This document shows positions 49,287 to 55,273 of a stretch of 55,273 nt of DNA, one piece after another. The notes under the pieces are model-generated. The model saw only the letters and a program-made list of their open reading frames with translations. It was not told the DNA's origin and made no database searches. The number at the start of each line of letters is the position of its first letter. The first letter of the stretch is position 1. The translations under genes were made by a program, and so were the position numbers. The stretch is from a virus (Duplodnaviria > Caudoviricetes): IMG/VR virus record IMGVR_UViG_3300047157_000034, positions 1 through 55,273 of that record; one strand, given 5' to 3'.

Positions 49287-49558
49287 TGGCGTATGGAATA
49301 CAAGTTGATGGACAAAATCTTACTTACAGCGCTTTAAGTGTTATAACTAAAGGCTCTTTAAGTAGCGCAGGTTCTATAAACTTAAGCAAAAATAATTTTT
49401 CCGATGTAAGTGAGTTTAAAGTTGTCTTTATTGCTACGGGTATAAGAGATACTTCTGAGGAAGAGTTGCGCCCTACAAGCTCGCAGTCGTCTACAATCAT
49501 AACAATAACACAACCTACTAACGGTACTCCTCATCAATATTTGGTGCTTGGTCGGTGA
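49286..49558 (+). CDS. small tail-tip protein
   Basis: MAYGIQV start typical of genes after J-like proteins; overlap-coupled. Confidence 0.6.
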   Translation: MAYGIQVDGQNLTYSALSVITKGSLSSAGSINLSKNNFSDVSEFKVVFIATGIRDTSEEELRPTSSQSSTIITITQPTNGTPHQYLVLGR

Positions 49559-50631
49559 GTTATGGGGTAGCAGCATACGGGACTGATGGAAAATTAACAT
49601 TCCATAGCGATTATTCGTCGATAGTTTACTATGGAACAATGTCTACAACAACAAGTGCTATACGTCCTACTTATACAGGCGATCACCACATAGCTATTTC
49701 AAGTTCTATAAAAGATAGCAATTATGATATGGGGTGGATTGTACAGTACACTATTACATTAGATGTAGATTACATGATTCCTTTTTACTGTCCTACTTAT
49801 AGTGGGCAAGAAATTGCAATCATGGACATTATAAACGAAGGAACTACCTGGGTTGTTAACGTACTTTTTAGTGGTACGCAGTCTCAGTACCCTGCGTTAT
49901 ATGCTTTTTGCCCATTAACAGAAATATCTTCATCTGTTTCATTAAATAGTTACGGTATTGCTGTGTATGACTCAAGTAGTGCGCTTGTGTTTACAGATAG
50001 CAAACGACCTCTTCGTATTGATGAAGTTATATCTATTACTCACCCAAATTCAATAAAAACAGGGTCAAAAGGAACTTGTGGGTATTCTGGTGCAAGTAGT
50101 ACGTGCCATGTAAGTTTTACTCCTGATCAATCGCAAACGTATTCTGGTTCTATATCAAATACAGCAAACAAACTTTATCACATAGTACCATCTGCGTACG
50201 GAGGACTCGCGTACAATAACAATGGTACAGGCTCTCATTCATGCGGTTTTTTAAATTTATTTACTCGTAATTACTCGTGGGCTTATAAATCTTGGAACTC
50301 TTTTAGAGGTACGGTTGCACATCCGCGCGGCACTACAAACCATATTGCTGGATGGGAAAGTGATTTTAGTGGAGCTGCTTACCAATATGCGGAAGGCGGG
50401 TGCGGTATAGGAGGATTTTTAGGAGCGTTAATCGGTGTGTTTCTTGTAGTTTTTACAGGTGGTGCTGCTTTAGCTCTTATTGGCGGGGCTCTTGCAGGTT
50501 TTGTAGTCGGAGATTTGTCGGTAGGAACTGCACCTTCTATAAAAGCTTATGATGCTGATGAAGTATTTGACCAAAACGGTAGACCTGTTAATTTAATGGT
50601 AACAGATAAAACTTATTACGGGATTAGTTAG
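49555..50631 (+). CDS. tail-tip protein with C-terminal hydrophobic hairpin
   Basis: duplicated YG.A.Y....L.F.S motif; Gly-rich hydrophobic stretch. Confidence 0.6.
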   Translation: MSYGVAAYGTDGKLTFHSDYSSIVYYGTMSTTTSAIRPTYTGDHHIAISSSIKDSNYDMGWIVQYTITLDVDYMIPFYCPTYSGQEIAIMDIINEGTTWVVNVLFSGTQSQYPALYAFCPLTEISSSVSLNSYGIAVYDSSSALVFTDSKRPLRIDEVISITHPNSIKTGSKGTCGYSGASSTCHVSFTPDQSQTYSGSISNTANKLYHIVPSAYGGLAYNNNGTGSHSCGFLNLFTRNYSWAYKSWNSFRGTVAHPRGTTNHIAGWESDFSGAAYQYAEGGCGIGGFLGALIGVFLVVFTGGAALALIGGALAGFVVGDLSVGTAPSIKAYDADEVFDQNGRPVNLMVTDKTYYGIS

Positions 50632-50639
50632 GAGATAAT

Positions 50640-50984
50640 ATGGCGTATAACAGAGAATTTATTGTTGATAAAATATATGTAATTGATGATTTTCATGGTT
50701 GGACTAAAGCAATTGCTCGGGTTGAAGCTTACTGGAAAATAACAAATACAGAGTACCCAAAAGGCTTTAAAAACTATGATTTAACTAAAGATCTTCCGAT
50801 TGAAGACATTACAAGAGATACATGGATTGAGATAAATGAAGTAACAAACAATGATATAGAAACATGGCTTACAGTTGGCATGACAACACAAGATAAACTT
50901 GAAATTGAATTAGACTCTCAACCAGAACTTATAAAAACAAATCGTATGGATAGCTGGGTTGTGCATTATGATAGAAATGCTTAA
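50640..50984 (+). CDS. hypothetical protein (tail-associated)
   Basis: AGGAG SD; WIEINEVT..DIETW motif. Confidence 0.6.
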   Translation: MAYNREFIVDKIYVIDDFHGWTKAIARVEAYWKITNTEYPKGFKNYDLTKDLPIEDITRDTWIEINEVTNNDIETWLTVGMTTQDKLEIELDSQPELIKTNRMDSWVVHYDRNA

Positions 50985-51124
50985 ACTAAAATTAACCAAA
51001 TCTTGTTTTCAATGTTGGTTTGGGCGTTTACTTTTACTTAGTTTTATTGTGGTTTTAGGGTTTGAATTGTGGAGTTAGCTAAATAGTAATTTAAGTAAAA
51101 AGAAGAAAAGCATTGTTTTCGCGC

Positions 51125-51148
51125 GTAAATACGTGTTAACGTGTAAAC
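51125..51148 (+). promoter_or_regulatory. GTTAAC-GT-GTAAAC operator-like site
   Basis: same motif as at 27329-27342; directly upstream of the SD of the GNAT gene. Confidence 0.5.
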
Positions 51149-51158
51149 AGGAGTATTT

Positions 51159-51622
51159 ATGTCTGAACCTCGACTAGTATTCGATGATAAATATCGAGTG
51201 GGAGAGTGGGTAGCCGAGCATATGCCTGACGGCGCATCCTGGCATGATTACTACGCAATGGGCGCTGAGGCAAACGGCGATTTAGTAAGTGGCATAGTGT
51301 TTGAAAACATGAACGCTCACAATGCTAACGTCCACATTGCAGTTAGCAAACCCACCAAGCTATTTTTGGAGCTTTTAGATCACGCTTTTATCTATGCGTT
51401 TGAAACTTGCGGCTTCGAAGATTAACAGGACTGGTGGAGGCCGATCACGTTAAAGCTCTCCATTTAGATTTACATATTGGCTTCCAAGTTGAAGCTGTAA
51501 TGAAAGGGGCTGGGTCGTCTGGCCAAGATTTATTAATTCTCGTGCTTTGGCCCGAGAACTATCGTAGAGGAAAAAGGCTATGGGCAAAAACAATGTCGCC
51601 GCACCAGACTACGCTCCACTAG
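51159..51622 (+). CDS. GNAT-fold acetyltransferase (virion assembly type), one apparent indel near 51412
   Basis: 51159..51425 and 51407..51622 join as YAFETCGLRRLTGLV....AL.L..HIGF..E. Confidence 0.75.
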
Positions 51623-52602
51623 CAGAAGCTAGCGCAGAAGCTGCTCGTATTCAAACGGGCTTAGGTCGCGAACAATTAGACTTTGCACGACAACAATATG
51701 ATCGATCAGCACCTATTCTTGAAGGAATAGCTCGCCAACAAATGTCTGCTCAAGATGAACAAATGGCGCAAGCAAGAGATTATTATAACTATCAGAGAGA
51801 TACATATCGTCCTCTTGAACGTTCTATAGTACAAGACGCAGAACGATTTAACACAGAAGCTTATCGAAATGAGCTTGCGTCAAAAGCAGCTGCTGATGCT
51901 GGACAAGCATTTGGTATATCACAACAACAAAACCAAAGAGCTATGGCAGCAATGGGAGCAAATCCTAATTCTGGAAGATTCGCAGGGATGCAAAACGCAT
52001 CTGGTTTGCAACAAGCAGCACTTCGCGCTAACGCTATGACAGGTGCAAGATCGCAAGCACAACAAATGGGGTATGCACGAAAGCTAGATGCAGCAGGATT
52101 AGGACGTGGATTAGCAGGCGCATCTGCTGCCGCATACGGCGGCGCTACAGGCGCAGGTTCTGCAGCAGGACAAAATGCTCAGTCGGCAGGCCAGAATTAT
52201 ATGGGTAACATGGCAATAGGTTCTGGTACAATAGGTGCAGGACAGCAAATGCAGCTGTCTGGACTAAGTAATGTTTTAAACAATCAGACGCAAACATATA
52301 TTAATACATCAGGTAGTTTCCTTGGTGATCTAGGTGGAATATTAGGTGGAGCGGCTTCTGCTTACACTGCATTTGGTTCTGATCGAAAGATAAAAGAGAA
52401 CATTGAAGAAGTTGGAGTCGACCAACGTACAGCATTAACCCTTTATGAGTTTAATTATATAGGCGATACTACACGTCGTTTCCGTGGAGTTATGGCTGAC
52501 GAAGTTGAAATGGTTTTCCCAGATGCAGTTATAGACACAGATTTAGGGTTTAAAGCAGTCGATTATGGTGCTCTCGGAATAGAGTTTAGGGAGGTAGCAT
52601 AA
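51580..52602 (+). CDS. internal virion / DNA ejection protein with C-terminal S74-like domain
   Basis: A/Q/G-rich helical body; SDRKIKENI..LYEFNY..GVMADEV..PDAV..VDY. Confidence 0.75.
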   Translation: MGKNNVAAPDYAPLAEASAEAARIQTGLGREQLDFARQQYDRSAPILEGIARQQMSAQDEQMAQARDYYNYQRDTYRPLERSIVQDAERFNTEAYRNELASKAAADAGQAFGISQQQNQRAMAAMGANPNSGRFAGMQNASGLQQAALRANAMTGARSQAQQMGYARKLDAAGLGRGLAGASAAAYGGATGAGSAAGQNAQSAGQNYMGNMAIGSGTIGAGQQMQLSGLSNVLNNQTQTYINTSGSFLGDLGGILGGAASAYTAFGSDRKIKENIEEVGVDQRTALTLYEFNYIGDTTRRFRGVMADEVEMVFPDAVIDTDLGFKAVDYGALGIEFREVA

Positions 52603-54329
52603 TGGCTCGTAAATCACCGTGGCAAGAATTTGCTGATAATTTTGATTCTGTTTATGGCACATTTCAAAAAGTAGGAAAGAATATTGAAACTAAGCGTCTT
52701 ATGGACGACGAAAAATTTACTGCAGAAGGTGGACTTGGTTTTGGGTTAGAGGGTAATGCGCTAGAAAAAGCTCGTTATAAAGCACTTGGTGACATTTACA
52801 CCAAATACGGTGATGCAGATAAAGGTCTTGCTGTTCGACAGCAATTATCAAATTTAGAACAAACAACACGGGCAAATGATATAGCTGAAGCAACGCTCAA
52901 TGAAACAATTGCACAAAAAGGTGATCTTGCATCACTATTATTAAAAGCCCAAATAGGAGATACGGAGGCAGGTGCAGAATTAAAACAAGCGCAAGCAAAC
53001 AAAATAACAACACTTCTAGGCGCAGACCTTGAATTTGCAATACAGACTGCTAAAAATGCAGGCTACACCGCTAACATAAACGGGGTAAAGGCTTATCTTG
53101 CAAAAGAAACTCAAGGAGAAACTTTAGACGCACAGCTATCAGATTTAAAACTAAAGATGGCACAGAATAAAGGACTTATAGCTGCAGCAGATAGCGAAAC
53201 CTACGAACAAAGTTTAATTGCAGGCCAAGAACAAATAATTGACAATGCAGGACTAGTAGCAAATCAGCGTAAACGTTCAGACGCAACTATAGATACTGAT
53301 ATACAATCAACAAACTTAACAAACCAAGTAGACATTTCTAAGAGTGAAACATTTTTAGCTTTTGAAGGTTTAAACCAAGAACTTTTTGGAGAAGAGCTTA
53401 AAAATCGTATATCAAAAGCTAAAGCTGATGGAAACACCTCGCAACTAGCAGAAATAGAGTCTGCCGCTTTTCTTAAATTTACAAAAGATTCTCAAGCGGG
53501 ACTTTACAAAGATGATGATAAAGCAGCGTCAGACGCGTTTATAAATATAGTAAAACAATTTGACCCAGGTAGAGCTGCTAAACTAGAAAGCGATTATACA
53601 GCAACTGAAGTTGGGCAAATAGCTAATAATGGGATGAAAGTCCAAAACGAAGTAGCATCGTTTTTACAAAACCAAGATTTCGAGGGGTTGGCTGAATATT
53701 TTGACGAGAAAAATGGAGATGATTTTGGTATTAAAATTACACGCACTGAAGCAGGAGGCGTTAAAATTGTAGAAACAGGTGCTAATGGTGAACCTGTAAA
53801 TACTATATTAGATGCTGCAGATCAGGCTACAGCTTTAGAAAATATGCAAGCACTTAGTACTTTTGGTAATACTGCTTCTTATGCTGAGTTGTTATTTAAG
53901 CGAGAGAAGGGTGAAGCAGAAGTAAGTAAATTAGAAGCTGAAACTGGTAGTATTAAAACAAGTACAGAGTACCAAGAAATTCTTAATGACTCAGCTAAAC
54001 TAAGTGAAGAACTAAAAAATAGCAATATGGAAACACGCACAGAATTAGCTAACGCTCAAATTGCCAAACTCAAACAAGAGGTTAAACAAGAAGAGGGACT
54101 AACTTGGAATAAAAAACAAGCTATAAAATCTTACGGTGCATGGTTAAGCAGTAGTGTGTACCGAGATCTAGTAGTGCTTCTTGAAGACGAACCTGAAATG
54201 CTTTTAAACTACCAAAACAGAATAAAACTAGGACTTGGTGTAATGGAAAAACCTCCAGCGGGAATAAAAACAGAAGACTGGTTAAAACTAGAGGACGTTG
54301 AAAGAGCAGAAATACTAGCGGCGGGATAA
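52602..54329 (+). CDS. internal virion / ejection protein
   Basis: 575 aa, helical, A/E/K-rich; TAATG coupling; position. Confidence 0.65.
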   Translation: MARKSPWQEFADNFDSVYGTFQKVGKNIETKRLMDDEKFTAEGGLGFGLEGNALEKARYKALGDIYTKYGDADKGLAVRQQLSNLEQTTRANDIAEATLNETIAQKGDLASLLLKAQIGDTEAGAELKQAQANKITTLLGADLEFAIQTAKNAGYTANINGVKAYLAKETQGETLDAQLSDLKLKMAQNKGLIAAADSETYEQSLIAGQEQIIDNAGLVANQRKRSDATIDTDIQSTNLTNQVDISKSETFLAFEGLNQELFGEELKNRISKAKADGNTSQLAEIESAAFLKFTKDSQAGLYKDDDKAASDAFINIVKQFDPGRAAKLESDYTATEVGQIANNGMKVQNEVASFLQNQDFEGLAEYFDEKNGDDFGIKITRTEAGGVKIVETGANGEPVNTILDAADQATALENMQALSTFGNTASYAELLFKREKGEAEVSKLEAETGSIKTSTEYQEILNDSAKLSEELKNSNMETRTELANAQIAKLKQEVKQEEGLTWNKKQAIKSYGAWLSSSVYRDLVVLLEDEPEMLLNYQNRIKLGLGVMEKPPAGIKTEDWLKLEDVERAEILAAG

Positions 54330-54331
54330 AA

Positions 54332-55273
54332 ATGAATCAAGCACAACGGGAACTTTTAGGTAAATTTTTAAACCCAAAAGATGATGAAGACGATGATAAT
54401 CTAACGCCAGCTACTTATACAAGTCCGCGCATTGGTTATGAGTCAGGTCAAGATCTTCTTATGTCTAGCCCTAATTACTTAACTGGCTTAGATGGAAGCG
54501 GCCCAAATACAGTTGGTCTAGCAAATGATTCTTTGTATGGTGGTATTCCTACGTCAAGCGCGGGTGGAGAAAACGAAGAAGAAAACACTGAGCAAAATAA
54601 TGTAAACGAAATTCAACAAAAAATGCTTGAACGTATGTTGTCTCAAAAGAATAGCGGTTCAGTGTCAGCTGACGCGCCGACAGGATTTTTAGATACAACT
54701 TATAATACTTCCCGTCGAGCTATATCAAACTTAGCTAATATCCCAAACGTGTCAATGGCAGAAGATTTTGCTACTTTAGCAAAACTTAAAAGAGAACGCG
54801 AAGCAAAAGATGCAGAACTAGAAGCTAAAGGAGAAGAGCGGCCTTGGTGGTATAAAATACTTACTTGGGAGAGAGCTGGCAAAGAAACTGCGGAAGAGTT
54901 AGATGCGTTAGCGGCTGACAAAGCAGGAGACGCATACGACAGAGCAAGATGGGCGCAAGAAAACTTTCCTATGTCCGAAGCGGGACAAAATCAACTTAGA
55001 GAAATAGTAGAAACTGATACGTGGTTCGGTCAAGATGGAGCAATTATGAAAGCTCTTTCTAGCCCTCTAGTCACAAGTTCTGCTATGTTGCAAGTTGCAG
55101 GAGAACAATTACCAACACTTGCGGCTGTAATGTTAACTGCAAAGAAAAATCCAAAGTTAGCAATGGGTATCATGGGAGGTTCTTCTTATCTCCAAGAACG
55201 TTATGGACAACTTTTAGAAGAAGCACAAAAAGCAGGATACGACTTAAGTAGACCCCAAGACGCGTTGAAAGCT
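54332..55273 (+). CDS. N-terminus of the giant internal virion protein (runs off the window; not in ORF track)
   Basis: MNQAQRELLGKFLNPK...; frame stays open to the last base. Confidence 0.75.
   Translation, partial: MNQAQRELLGKFLNPKDDEDDDNLTPATYTSPRIGYESGQDLLMSSPNYLTGLDGSGPNTVGLANDSLYGGIPTSSAGGENEEENTEQNNVNEIQQKMLERMLSQKNSGSVSADAPTGFLDTTYNTSRRAISNLANIPNVSMAEDFATLAKLKREREAKDAELEAKGEERPWWYKILTWERAGKETAEELDALAADKAGDAYDRARWAQENFPMSEAGQNQLREIVETDTWFGQDGAIMKALSSPLVTSSAMLQVAGEQLPTLAAVMLTAKKNPKLAMGIMGGSSYLQERYGQLLEEAQKAGYDLSRPQDALKA

Noticed and set aside
50977-51057. Short hydrophobic ORF MLKLKLTKSCFQCWFGRLLLLVLLWF (also a 21-aa one near 43420-43486)
   Set aside because: Too short to support; may be a frameshifted membrane microprotein but cannot be verified
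470-51430. About nine frameshifts in essential genes (giant protein x4, primase x2, SSB, fibre 2, GNAT), read as pseudogenes or programmed frameshifts
   Set aside because: Most are single-base indels, several in homopolymer runs, with no slippery-site plus structure signature and intact motifs on both sides. Long-read error is the best explanation; read polishing would confirm.
51-54921. Numerous antisense and overlapping ORFs in the track (e.g. 51..452, 13348..13776, 26259..26759, 35481..35996, 4264..4485)
   Set aside because: Shadow frames of real genes, with no SD or motifs

Overview
The window is most of the genome of a tailed dsDNA bacteriophage with podovirus-type architecture: no tail tube, sheath or tape measure, and large ejection proteins. 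The host is probably a marine Gram-negative bacterium, possibly an alphaproteobacterium (inference only). There are two divergent arms. The leftward early/replication arm (about 4.6-21.3 kb) encodes a primase-helicase, SSB, an AlpA-like HTH, a SNF2 helicase, HNH, VRR-NUC, a PD-(D/E)XK nuclease, a family A DNA polymerase, a stand-alone sigma-70 region 4, a vWA-peptidase/MoxR-type AAA module and tRNA-Trp. The rightward late arm (21.8 kb to the end, apparently wrapping to 1-4.6 kb) encodes TerS, TerL, portal, scaffold, capsid, adaptors, three tail fibres, a six-gene exported-protein cassette, lysis genes, nozzle, tail-tip proteins, a GNAT and ejection proteins, including a giant PLxRFG/zincin polyvalent protein. 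About nine frameshifts look like long-read indel errors. The most notable observations are four. (1) A translationally coupled cassette of exported proteins at 40.1-43.4 kb contains a pilin-like subunit and a PapD-like chaperone but no usher. (2) A highly structured, pseudoknotted minus-strand non-coding RNA candidate of about 330 nt lies at 21.3-21.65 kb. (3) An iteron-like ATGACGT array, apparently leaderless late promoters and a repeated GTNNAC operator-like motif are present. (4) The PolA has Leu/Phe at the E. coli 762/766 positions. All family assignments are from motif recognition by eye; no database searches were run.
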